DNA of 63,962 nucleotides from Octopus bimaculoides (GCF_001194135.2 NC_068982.1:178657002-178720963); one strand, 5' to 3'; shown: positions 27,001 to 38,960, counted from the stretch's first letter. A program made the numbers and translations. Notes: generated by a model from the letters alone, not told the origin.

Positions 27001-27619
27001 ACAATATTTACAGGAGAAAGTACTACTCCAAGTGCCGACACCAAACCTTGCGATATTCCTCCTGGCTATCTTTCATTTCATGACAGCAACCCTGACCACA
27101 TTGGCACCGAATTCAATCCACCATTGCTTTGTATTTAGATAACATAATTGGCTTGGTGGGGAAAACATACCAGCGGTTTATTGAATGAAACGCTGCTTAA
27201 GCATATGCAATCGAAAGGGATATTGCAGGTGCATATGTCTGGTCTGAAAAGAAAATTTGACACCTTGTATGCATACAACCCATAATTAGTTTGTAGGTTG
27301 AATAAAAATTTGTCAAGTGCGATAGAAGCAGTATTTATTTATAATAGCTATCTCTGAATCAGATTGGAAGTAAATACGTCGTTGAAAGTCACATTTACTG
27401 CAGTATTCGTCTTGAGGAAGCATGTCTTGTAGGCGTATAGTGTGACAAAACAGAAATATATCAGGAGCAAAAGGAAAGTGCACGAAATATGAACAAGCAG
27501 TATCCCCGTGAAATGAATAGGAAGTGTCCAACGTTTGAGTTTGTACGATTCATCAAACAAATAAAAGTATTTAGAAGAGGGTCAGGTAAAAATATCTAAA
27601 TGAATATGACGAATGAGTG

Positions 27620-27935
27620 GATGTGAGCTATGAGATATGTAAATCTGGGTAAATCTGGTGTTTTATGCTGGGTCACCTTGTAGGAGGATAACTGGTGATG
27701 TGGTAAAGTACATGGAACAATATCTGCATAGCTTTTCCCTTCCAGCACCATTCGCTTCACTGTCCTCCTCGGGTGACCTTTCTGTTCATAGCCTTTCAAC
27801 CCCTCCCGATACAAACCAGGATCTTCACATGTCTCCGAGCTCATTTTAACACTTGCTTTTATATCCCCAGCACTATTATCCGGCTGAGACCCAACCAACG
27901 TTTCACACTCCATTTGTACCACTAGAAATGCCATG
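27620..27935 (-). mobile_element. RTE-like LINE 3' relic
   Basis: ORF ...ECETLVG...KGHPRRTVKRMVLEGK resembles the RTE C-terminal (CETW...GH..R...K.VLEG) pattern; homologous to the inverted copy at 28090-28445. Confidence 0.4.
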
Positions 27936-28089
27936 TGAACAAGATCTCACTATTCATGCATATTAGTGTAATGTTTGCGAGGTCAAAGTAGAGTCATTGT
28001 TGTTTGTGATAGAGAAAAGTAGGGAGGCCATAGTGTGAAACAGCATCACAGTCTGAGAAGTGAGAAATAATTTGGGCAAGTGAACTGAG

Positions 28090-28445
28090 GTGGCAATCGA
28101 CAAGTGTGTGATATTGCATTGGTGGATGTCTCATAGACGTTTGGTGCTATATTCCGCTAACCTGTGGTCGGTAATACCCGCATGCAAGGGACCGATGATT
28201 TTTAATACGGCACATGACATTTCTAGTGGTACAAATGAAGTGGTTTCTGATACGTATGGGACATTGGTTGAGCCTCAGAAAGGTTATAGTTCCATAGACG
28301 TAAGAGTATGTATTAAAACGAACTCGGGGGTGGATGAAGATCCTGTTTTGTGTCGGGGGAGGAACTGAATGATCACCTGAGGAGAATAAAGGAGCGTGGT
28401 TAATGGTGCTGGAGGGAAATGTATGCAGACATTCCATATTATATT
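28090..28445 (+). mobile_element. RTE-like LINE 3' relic, second diverged copy in opposite orientation
   Basis: Shares cacatg.catttctagtggtacaaatg.ag, gaagatcctg.tttgt.tcggg and aatggtgctgga..gaaa..tatgcaga with the reverse complement of 27620-27935. Confidence 0.4.
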
Positions 28446-28649
28446 AGAGACAGAAATGTCAGACATACAAAAAAAAAAAATCATGCATTGGTGAGCAAGT
28501 AGTCGGTATGCTTAATTGGCAAGAAAAGAAAGTATCATTTCTCACTAGCGTTTACCTAATACGTTTCATTCTGCAAATGTTATATTAAATGCAGACCAAT
28601 GAATTTTGTTTGTATGAAAAGTTTAGATATTAATACATACGTTCATCTA

Positions 28650-28676
28650 CACACATACACACACACACAGAGACAT

Positions 28677-28710
<34 letters not shown>

Positions 28711-28827
28711 CAAACACGCACACTCACACATATAGCCTTCAAACCCACACATACGCAAAAATACATACACTCGGCTAATATGAACGCAAGAGATACCAAT
28801 TAATTTCAGAGTTGCAACCAACAATTG

Positions 28828-28916
<89 letters not shown>

Positions 28917-28960
28917 ACACATACGCACACAGACACACACACACACACACTAACACACAC
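28650..28960. repeat. Compound (CA)n microsatellites
   Basis: Direct read. Confidence 0.95.
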
Positions 28961-29639
28961 ACATTTATAATATATGTATCAGTATATGCGTTCATGTAAC
29001 TGAAACTTTAGTGTACTAAACGCCGTATGTAATAAATTTTCAATTTCAGAAAATTTCCAGTTGAGTTGAAGACAGGAAGCAAAAACATATAATGTCAATT
29101 ATTAACGAAACACAAGCGGTAGGCCTATAACTCAAGATAGAAACAATTTATTTTTGTGTTAATTTACATGCTTGGGTAAGGTACGGAATAATCTTTGTAG
29201 ACGAGGTGTGGTGGGCTATGGATATACCTTTTATAGTATGCTGAGCTCGTCAGTATAGTATAATGTACCGAAGCCGACAAATCTCTATATAGATCTTTAG
29301 AAACTAAACCTGGGCAAATACGAATAACTCAGTCGCCATATGTAAAAATAATTATTTTCTACTTTATGTAATTGGCACCTTTAAAAGTTTTGTCCATAAC
29401 TCGATTTATTTTTACTAATACGCAATTTAATTGGTAAAAAATTAGACATGACGTATTTTATATAAGTAAAAACTTGACATTTAATTTCTTGAAATTACAT
29501 TTCCTCTTTCTTAGTAACCTCCAAATCAGAAGGAAATTCGAGTATATTGCGTGCGGCACTTAATACATCATTCTGTAAGTTAAATATATGTTTATAGAAT
29601 TGACCGCGTTGTGTTTCTTCCATATAAAAATATCCCTTT

Positions 29640-29850
29640 CTATTTGTAGGCACAAGGCCTGGAATTTCTGGGGAGGGGGATAGTCGATTACGTCGACCCA
29701 AGTGTTTCACAGGTACTTAATTTATCGACCCCGAAAAGGATGAAAGACAAAAATCGACTTCAACGGAATTTGGACTCAGAACGTAGCGACGGGCGAAATA
29801 CTGGTAAGCTTTCCGTCCAGCGTGTTAACGATTCTGTCATCTCACCGCCA
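29640..29850 (-). mobile_element. SINE family A, full-length copy 1 of a tandem pair
   Basis: Reverse complement ggcggtgagatgacagaatcgttaacacgc...gttctgagtccaaattccgttg...ggggtcgataaattaagtacc...aaattccaggccttgtgcctac. Confidence 0.85.
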
Positions 29851-29859
29851 TACTATATG

Positions 29860-30063
29860 AAAATATTCTTCTCCACAATTGGTACAAGGCCCAAAATTTT
29901 GGGGGAGGGGCCACTGGATTACATCAATCCCAGTACGCAACTGGTACTTAATTTATCGATCCCCGAAAGGATGAAAGGCAAAGTCGACCTCGCCGGAATT
30001 TGAACTGAAAACGTAAAGACAGACGAAATACTACTAAGCTAACGTTTCTGCCAGCTATCGCCT
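29860..30063 (-). mobile_element. SINE family A, full-length copy 2 of a tandem pair
   Basis: Reverse complement ggcgatagctggcagaaacgttagc...ttcagttcaaattccggcgaggtcgactttgcctttcatcctttcgggg... Confidence 0.85.
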
Positions 30064-31733
30064 TCCCACATAAAAATATTATACGAAGAATGTCAAAATA
30101 TCGACCATACAGCAGTATATATATATATATATCTTTATAAAATTTATTAATAAGGGTAGAAATTGATATTAATCAATTAAAACCAGTGGTCTAGCATATT
30201 AAAAAAATCCGAAGATTAAAATTATATTACATACAAAAATAAGAGGAATGACCAGCAAAAGTGGACTCCTATATGCTAGAAATAAATACCGAATCATCTA
30301 ACCACGAAAAATATTTGTGTATGTTTGCATGTGTGCACATGGATAAATATGTGTGTGCATCTGTACACAACTTTTATTTTATTCTGATTCTTAGCTTATA
30401 GTTGATATATAGATAGCATGCTTATCTTTCCAGTATTGCATAAGTAAGTAATTTAGTACATGAATGAAGATTAAACTGATTCTATGTAATCTTCCCTTTT
30501 TTAAATGTTGAAATTGGTATATATACACATTTTACTTATTTTGGTTATGATACCATTTTTGATAATCTTAAATTTTATCTTTATACAACATAATATTGTT
30601 TATAAACATTCACGCATAGTACCCCATGATAAAATTTCCTCTGTATTAACATCATAGGTCTTATTAGCGTCTTGCCCCTTTAACTGGTAATTAACATCTT
30701 GATTCGGGGTCTTCCCCTACCCAGCTTCCTTTATTAAGAGCTACTTTATACCACTCCTAAAATCTTGACAATATTTATGACCATACCTAACTATGAGCTG
30801 TCGACTCACTCATGTCCTCCATTCTAAACAGACACAGTCCTCTAATCTTAGCTTTAGTAGTTGATAAAAGGACTAATAAATTTAAAATGACCCACAGTCC
30901 TTTACAAGCTATGACCCCAACAAACGTCATACATTTCTTGGAAGTGTAGCATATTCTTAGCTACAATAGCGACAACATGGATTTTTCTATCTTCTTGCTC
31001 TATTAGAGTATTTGAGTAAAATTGTATTCATGTGTCCGACTGATTAAAATTCTATTTATTTATTTGTGCAGCCGAGTATAGCCCTGCATTTAAATTGATG
31101 TAATAATTGCATTGTTCAATTAATGGAGCCGCTTGAAACAGTCGTACTGCATCATTTCTTGATATCCTGTTGCTTATTTTGATTTTATTCACCTTACTTT
31201 GAGCTGTATGGATAATACCGCACTGACTTGGTTCTTCAACTTAAGTACCTAATTCAACGGAATCTCAATTAGATATATAAGAAGGGATGGTATAATTAAA
31301 ATACCATCACGTGTGGAAAGCGAGTTATCAGCCGAACACACACACAAACACATATGCGTAGGATGTATGTCTGTGTTTGTGACTATATCTCTCTGTGTGT
31401 TTATAAATACCACATGCAAATGCAACAGAAACCAAACGCACTATTAAAATTCATACATATGTTATAAATCCTGTATAGCAATAAAACAACTTTTAAAGAA
31501 GATTTTGATTTAATAAGCAATAATAAATCTCTGAGCGAGGTATAAACAGTAGCTGCACGACATCGTGAAGTATATTTTCCACCTAAATGTGGTTAACCCT
31601 CAAGGGTTGATGCTACTGTAGGCTGTAGCCCCAGGAAGACATCTCCCCCAGCTGGCTATTGAAACACTTTCTGTGCCCTATCAGTATTTGCGAAGGGAAG
31701 TCATCTTTCCCATCTCCAGCTTTACGTGATACC

Positions 31734-31774
31734 CACGGACACGAGTTTCTGGGTACTGACCCGTCATCAGTATG
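31734..31774 (-). ncRNA. Minimal type-I hammerhead ribozyme motif (stem I decayed)
   Basis: CATA-CTGATGA-C-GGGT(CAGT)ACCC-A-GAAA-C(TCGT)GTC^CGTG. Confidence 0.65.
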
Positions 31775-31900
31775 TGACAACCATTGATTGGCGATGGGAA
31801 GTGATTCTCAATTCTTGACATGAGTGACTTTTCGTCATTGGAAAAAGTATATATATATTTGCATTGAGAATCACTTCCCATCGCCGATCGATGGTTGTCA

Positions 31901-31941
31901 CACGCTGATGACGGGTCAATACCCAGAAACTCGTGTCCGTG
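31901..31941 (+). ncRNA. Minimal type-I hammerhead ribozyme motif
   Basis: CACG-CTGATGA-C-GGGT(CAAT)ACCC-A-GAAA-C(TCGT)GTC^CGTG; complete core, 4-bp stem I, GUC cleavage triplet (cut after 31937). Confidence 0.78.
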
Positions 31942-32666
31942 GGTATCACGTCAAGCTGGAGATGGGAAAGATGACTTCCCTTTGCAAATACTGATTGGGC
32001 ACAGAAAGTGTGTCAATAGGCAGCTGGGGAGGTGTCTTCCTGGGGCTACGGGCTACAGTAGCATCAACCCTTAAAGATTAGTCACATTTAGGAGGCAAAT
32101 ATACTTCACTTTGATTTAAAAGTTTGGAGAATTATAATGTGAATAATGATAGAATAAAAATTTTCCAAAACGAAGGTTTTTGATTCTATTTAGAACTACT
32201 TTTTTTATTTATTTACTTAAATAACAACACAACACCGCTTTTTTTAATAATTAAATTTAACATTTTTCAAACAGACGTTCCTCTCTATTGATAAATAATG
32301 TTCGTTCACTGTTTGGGAAACTGAGTGTCTTTAATAAAATTAGATTTTCTAAACACGCTACATAAGAATATTTCCACATCTAAGGATGAGCAAGTGGCTC
32401 GAATGTTCTTTTTGCACCTGCCAGATTCTAGGATCAAATTTACTGCGCGGAATAATAGATATATATTTGCTACCGTAATTTATGGTTGGCTAATATCTTT
32501 TGAAAGGCGGAACATAAACGGAGGCCCATCGAATGACACCTGGCTGCATATCTAACAGTGTGCAGTTGAAACACATGTAGGTCTCGTAAAGATGATGTAA
32601 ATAGCTGTTAAATAAAATTATACATGTGAAAAATAAAAATCTCGTACTCCTTATCATTATTAATGC

Positions 32667-32708
<42 letters not shown>

Positions 32709-32916
32709 ACTAACCACATCGATCAGTATCTAACGTCTATGACTACATTTAGTTGTAAGACACTCCGTGAATTCTTACGATTAGTAATTCCGTGTTCTCT
32801 TCGTTGGACAGTAAAAAATATCTGGAGTATTTATTAATATTAATAATAATAAAGGGTATGTAAACTTGTACATCTACAAAACATTATTTTATAATTTATA
32901 CACAGCATACCATAAT

Positions 32917-33000
32917 GACCTACACGTGTTTCTGCTGCAGCTACTACTCACTGTTGCAAATGCAACCTTGCAATACTGTCGGTGCAGCTTCATCAAGGCC
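32917..33000 (-). ncRNA. Hammerhead ribozyme motif (U3 variant, long stem-II insert) downstream of the Penelope GIY-YIG relic
   Basis: GGCC-TTGATGA-A-GCTGCA(43 nt)TGCAGC-A-GAAA-CACGTG-TA^GGTC; stem III ACACGTGT is a perfect palindrome. Confidence 0.7.
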
Positions 33001-33439
33001 CGTCCATTTGGTCATCGTCGAAGTGAACTGATTGAAATAAATTTTTGTTAGTTAGTGATCTGTAGGAGGTAGAAGTGTTGATATTTATTGGTATGTCCTA
33101 TTGACCTCAACTTCACTCTAGCCGCTGTCCGAAGTTACGGCTTGGTATTAAGATAGGTTAAGGTTGAGATTGTTATTTTTGTGAGGTTCTTTGTTCGTCT
33201 TAATGGTTGTGTGTGTCTTTTTGATTTCGAGTGTAGTGCTTGTATTGAAGGGCTCTTATTCGTTTATATTCGTCTTTTTGGTTGAGCTGCTCATTATTTG
33301 TGTTGTACATTGTGTAGTGTATTTGTTTTGCTTTTATTAATGATGATGGTTATTAGATATTTTTTAATTTTTGGGGCATACTTTTCTATTTGTTATATCA
33401 AGCCTAATTGTTGCTGAGGTGTTGGCTATCTAGAACTAT

Positions 33440-33775
33440 CTTTATATCTCTTATAGGTCCAACCGTACTTATGCAAGGATCTAAGGGCTTGTTCGTGTCT
33501 TGTATTAATTAATATGTTTTGATGTAAATATTTGGTAAAGCTTCTCTTCGCATAGATCGCGTTTGTTTCCCCCATACTTGATAAGGCTTCGCAGTACTAA
33601 TTAGTTCCCAGTCGATAGAATAGCTATTGTTTATGTCTTTAATTGATCAAATTAGTTTACTTAGGCTAATATATATTTTTCCTATCTCTACAGGAATTTA
33701 AATGATTCGCTAGTCTGTTTTTGAAAAATAAGAGAGCTGGCTCCTATATAAAAGCATTCCCTTCCTTCCGAGGTA
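33440..33775 (-). mobile_element. Penelope-like element, GIY-YIG endonuclease C-terminal relic
   Basis: Reads ECFYIGASSLIFKNRLANHLNS...LSKLI..IKDINNSYSIDWELISTAKPYQ...DLCEKKLYQIFTSKH.LINTRHE, with disablements. Confidence 0.78.
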
Positions 33776-33777
33776 AC

Positions 33778-33846
<69 letters not shown>

Positions 33847-34079
33847 GACACAACTTCTGAAACACTAACTAGTGTCCCATTTCCAAGGCTAGGATCTCCA
33901 CTTACTCTGTTACCTATTGTCCGAATGCATTTAGCTTCAAAATATCATAGATGATGAAAATACCATTAAGACAACATTTACCGAAACCTCTGGATCGATC
34001 ATCTTATCTCCTTATTGACTTGCATTAGATTTCGTAAACCCACACGTATTAGAAACCTACTCTCCCATCTTAAGTACCA

Positions 34080-34680
34080 GCGTAACATGTCCAAAAAGCC
34101 TGATATATTTCCAGTGAAATTGTATTTCACAGGAAAGCGACAAATTTGACTGTATCTGGCGCCCAACTTTCCAACAAATTCTGTGTCAATGGCTTGACCT
34201 ATCTACTATCGTCTCCAAGAACGTTTCCTTCTACACTGAATATATCAATCTTCCTTTCCTCCTTAATATTTTGCACATAAATCGTATATAAATCATGCAA
34301 CCTAAATAGCTTATACTAGACATACACTGCCTCCATGAACAGAAATCTCGGAAAAACCCTCCTATGTGGTCAGTATTAATCTCGTTTCCTTCAACAGTAC
34401 TAAGTTACAATCACTGCATGTATCAAGCAGACGTTATCGTATCTCCACTTAGGAACTGTATACAAGTAGAACCATCAATAATAGACGTCGCTTTCCATAA
34501 GAGCTTGATCTAGCGAACACATATCTTCAACGTAACAAAGATAACACCGACTAGACAGCTTCTCCGGAAAATAATTCAGCTTCTCACAACTGTTTTATAA
34601 ATTTGAAGTGAAACACACAATAAAATACTGCTCTCATATGCAGACACCATATATTGCATTGAAAAAAGCCATCATGATGT
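34080..34680 (+). mobile_element. CR1/Jockey-group LINE RT C-terminal relic, highly decayed
   Basis: Frame-hopping remnants NLVSFNSTKLQSLHVSSRR (compare WxxxNLVxFNxSKTQ) and KYCSHM (compare EYCSHIW). Confidence 0.5.
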
Positions 34681-37135
34681 CGCTCGTCAACACATTATAA
34701 ACTCTGAACCGCAGACGTACTAACTCCGCTTTCTGTCTCCCCTACAGATACAACTGTGTTGTGGACAATGTTCCTAGGATCTGACTCGTTTCGTGTCACT
34801 GCCATTTATTATCTCCCGACTAATGCGTTTCGTTTGCTCTTTTAGTCACTCATATTGTGTTCCTATCCAATGTAATGCAGTAATCACTAAATTAAGTCCT
34901 ACGTCACAATTCTTCTACAAAGAAAACTATTAACCACATCGATTCCACTGGTCTCTGATGGTCTGCCAAATGCATACACACATCTTCCTCCAGAATAAAG
35001 CAATAAGAAACTATATGTTCTACATGGAAGTGTGAGTACACCAAACAATCCTGAAAGACCAAAGTTAATTAAGATTGCAGTGTAACAGTAGAGAATTGAT
35101 GAACATATAATTAACAGATGAAACGAATGAAGTAGAGATTGTGACGACGATTTTGTTTATAATACAATATAGATTAGAAAAATAGTCTCAAGAAGAATTA
35201 TGAGTACTAATGATGAATATCTTATGAAGCGTAAGGAAGAGTGTGCAAGGAACGAACGATATGCAAGATGCTCATATCACATATACACATCGTGTAGAGA
35301 AAGTTCATAAAATATGTTTCATACTAAAATAAGTGAAACAGATTTTGGTAATATGTTGCAGGTTAACATACTTTTGTTCGACATCTTCCAGAATATTGGT
35401 GAAATATAATAGGGTGTACTCAAACGACTTATTACAAATGATAGAAAGAAATCGAATCAATGTCAGATACACGTTCATAAGGACATATAATATTCTGAAG
35501 ATGTCAAAGCAAGCCGTTAAGTAATAGTAGTGTAGTGCCTTAATCATATGATTGATATCATTCTTTGACATAAAATGATTCTGTTTACCTAATATGGCAT
35601 TGCCCAATAATCTCAGTTGATATATTTTCAATTTGTTAACTCTAAAGAAAGTACATTCAAATAAATGTTGAATCATAGGCTTTGTTATTAAATAATTTCT
35701 CTGTATATATACAGATTATACTGTTAGAATTCCGAGTGCTTATATTCGAGTGTCTACCATTACTAATAGTCATGATGTAATCATTAATAAACTTTAGTAA
35801 GCTCACTGCTAGTTATTATAGTGAAGTACTGAGAGACAAGAGTTGGATTATGTATTTTGAGGTTTTCTCTGTGTCGGACACACACTTACAGCAGTCGCAT
35901 TCATTTTATTATGGTTAATGTCAAAGCGGCTGGAATTTGTAAAGAGTCCATTAATGTGCCTGAACTAATTTTGTTCTTTATATACAAATCTCAAAACCGA
36001 GAGAAGTAAATGCTTTTACTGATTCTTTTTCATATTTTCTCCATCAATACAGATATTTGAAAATTATGTACAGCGTGATTTCCTAAATGGTTGTTGAATT
36101 GCTTTTATGAAATGCGGTTTACAGGAAACTTTATTATAGATTATTTCCCAGAGTATTCTCCATTGATTTGAGAATGTTTAGAATTCATGAAGTGACCAAA
36201 GATGAAGTTTCTATTATCATTTGAAGTTCTGGTTTTGTTATAATCAATATTCTTGGTTTACAAATAAATAACTAAATAAAAAAATGAATAGATTATTTGA
36301 GTTGAGAGTTACAAAGGAATATTAATAAGAAATATAAATATTGTTGGAAATAATTCTATTACTCCATTAAGAATTAATTTGAATTTTAGAAATTTAGTAG
36401 GAATAATAGAGATAAATGATAAATTACGAAATTACAACTTGATATAGGAGTCAGAGTTTAGGTTAAACAAAATATAATATTGTAATATATAGGTCTGATT
36501 TACAATGTCTTAGACGAAGATAAAATAATCAGCTGATTGTTTAGGTATAGGTTACGAATTGGTAATTATGAGGAACAAGAGTAGTTAGGTGCGTGGAAGT
36601 TTGATTATTCACTCGTTTCACATTCAAAGATTAATCCCTTCCTCCACAAAAATATAGAAGGATACCGGTCCTAATAACAGTCATTTGAATGTAACACACA
36701 ATAGCGGTGAAGTGCAGTAGAGTCCACATGAAAGAAAACGATTTAACGTTGTAGTAACACATTTAAAGAATGAGAGGCCTGTACCATTCCACTATTTCTC
36801 TGTCCATTTCCTTTTACTAACCGTATCAATGCACAATTAAGATTATCTTATTCAATTACAGATTGTTGCAGATAGATCAGTCATTAGAGTTACTGCGGTG
36901 TCAGTCGATACTATTTTGACTCAAATCTCAATTTTGATTTTATTTTAATTTCTATAGCTCTTCTATAATGCAGAACAAGTAGCATTTTAATGATTTCTAA
37001 TCCAGGATCCAACCATCCAGCCAGCCATATTTCAGTAAAGTTTTCATCCTTCATAATTGAAAACATGTAACACATGGCCTATATCAAAATGCACATTGCC
37101 AATACCAAAGAGTTTGGTATCTGTAACTGGTATAT

Positions 37136-37136
<1 letters not shown>

Positions 37137-37210
<74 letters not shown>
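37137..37210. repeat. (CA)n microsatellite
   Basis: Direct read. Confidence 0.95.
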
Positions 37211-37215
<5 letters not shown>

Positions 37216-37759
37216 AACTAACTGTTGCGTATAGCTGTCCATCGAATTCGTGGCTGACCACATTTCTTTTAATAGTCCTATGATGACTACATTTAATTCC
37301 GTCTTCTGCAACTCTAGCACCAGCTGCAGTAGACGTCACAAATACCGTTCACCTAACACCTACCGTGTGCTACCATGAACTAGGAAACTAATGAACTATC
37401 TGTATTTCAGCGATGCAGACACGCATGATGCTTCACCTCTCTGGCAGGGATGACAACCATTCCTGAGATCCAAGACTACCTATTGATAACACAGAAGATA
37501 CAACCGCAGTGGAGATCAATAGTACAGAGTTCCCAATTTCAATGGCTTCGCTATGAAGAACATAAATCCATTTACAAGGATGAGGTAAAATGACTGGTGC
37601 ATGCTTCCAGCAGCAAGAGGGTATCAGAAACTGCTTTGAAACTGACCGACAGTTTGGGCTATTTGCAGACAGCAATCTCATAGGTTTTGTCTTCATAAAC
37701 AAAGCACATCTAATGGGTCTGTTACGAAGGGTTGTTAGAATCTCAGGATAAAAGACACT

Positions 37760-38060
37760 CCGCACACATACACACACACACGCACGCACGTATACACACA
37801 CACACACACGCACACACACACATGTACACACACACATACACACACAGACACACACACTACATACTTGCATAATACGTACGTACATAATACATACAGACAT
37901 ATATATATATATATATATATANNNNNNNNNNNNNNNNNNNNNNNNNNNNNNNNNNNNNNNNNNNNNNNNNNNNNNNNNNNNNNNNNNNNNNNNNNNNNNN
38001 NNNNNNNNNNNNNNNNNNNNNNNNNNNNNTATATATAGATAGATAGATATACATATATAT
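37760..38060. repeat. Compound CA/TA microsatellite around an assembly gap (N 37922-38029)
   Basis: Direct read. Confidence 0.9.
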
Positions 38061-38344
38061 ATGTTAAAGATATGCAATTAAAAGACATAAAATGATATAT
38101 AGAGAGAGATGGAGTAAAAATACACATATACTCATATATAAAAAGGTATATACATGTTTACAGACATTTTGCTGGATGGCTGTTGACTATTCAGGAGTAA
38201 ATCCGCCCTTTGACAGGTCTTATTTTTAATCCCGCAGGGTGTCCAACAACACCCTCCTCACCAAGCAAGCCTGGTGGGGCTGCCAGTTTAGTCGCCGACG
38301 ACCCGACCATGCGACAGGTTGTACTCGATTACATGTTACCAGTA

Positions 38345-38822
38345 GCACACCAGAGCGACCTGACACATGCTATCAGGATGCCGGAAAACCGTATACCCAC
38401 GATTGTCCTTTTTGGGGAGTTAGCAGAAAGCAACCGACTGCACGGAGGTCCAAAGAAGCGATATAAAGATCATCTCAAGAAATCCCTAAAGCTCTGCAAC
38501 ATCCCTCCGATGAACTTGAAACACTGGCCACAGACTTGTACTACCTGGAATGGTATGGTCAAAACTGGTACACAGCATTTTGAGGATGAGTGGACTAGAC
38601 TTCGCGAAAAAAACCGGAGAGAGCTCAAGGAACGTCAGCAAAATCCTAGGCGAGCTCATCTTCGTCGGAGCCCTCTTCACTGCTCTCAGTGTAATCGGAC
38701 ATGTACCTCCAGAATCGGCCTTTTCAGCCACGACACGAGAGGGCCTGCCAACGCCATCAAGACAACCCCTAAGGATCAAAGACGACGTCGTCAGCTGTCA
38801 AGATGGACTGCCTTAAGCAAGT
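38345..38822 (+). mobile_element. RTE (BovB/Expander-type) LINE 3' end with terminal C2H2-like zinc finger
   Basis: IRMPENRIPTIVLFGELAESNRLHGGPKKRYKDHLKKSLK...CSQCNRTCTSRIGLFSH; ends ...gatggactgccttaagcaag at a (TA)n tract. Confidence 0.88.
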
Positions 38823-38825
38823 AAT

Positions 38826-38837
38826 CATATATATGTG

Positions 38838-38870
<33 letters not shown>

Positions 38871-38881
38871 TTATATGCATG

Positions 38882-38960
<79 letters not shown>

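Larger units (their letters stand above)
31565..32109. mobile_element. 545-bp foldback: ~248-bp arms (~90% identical) and 50-bp spacer; probable inverted pair of Penelope-like pseudo-LTRs
   Basis: 31565-31812 is the reverse complement of 31863-32109; each arm carries a hammerhead motif. Confidence 0.8.

Noticed and set aside
30600-30960. Possible RTE-like 3' relic (GRGRPR-like word, minus strand)
   Set aside because: Too decayed to support.
32952-33027. 76-nt minus-strand exon candidate (aatcag|...|gtgagt)
   Set aside because: It overlaps, and is better explained by, the hammerhead in the Penelope 3' region.
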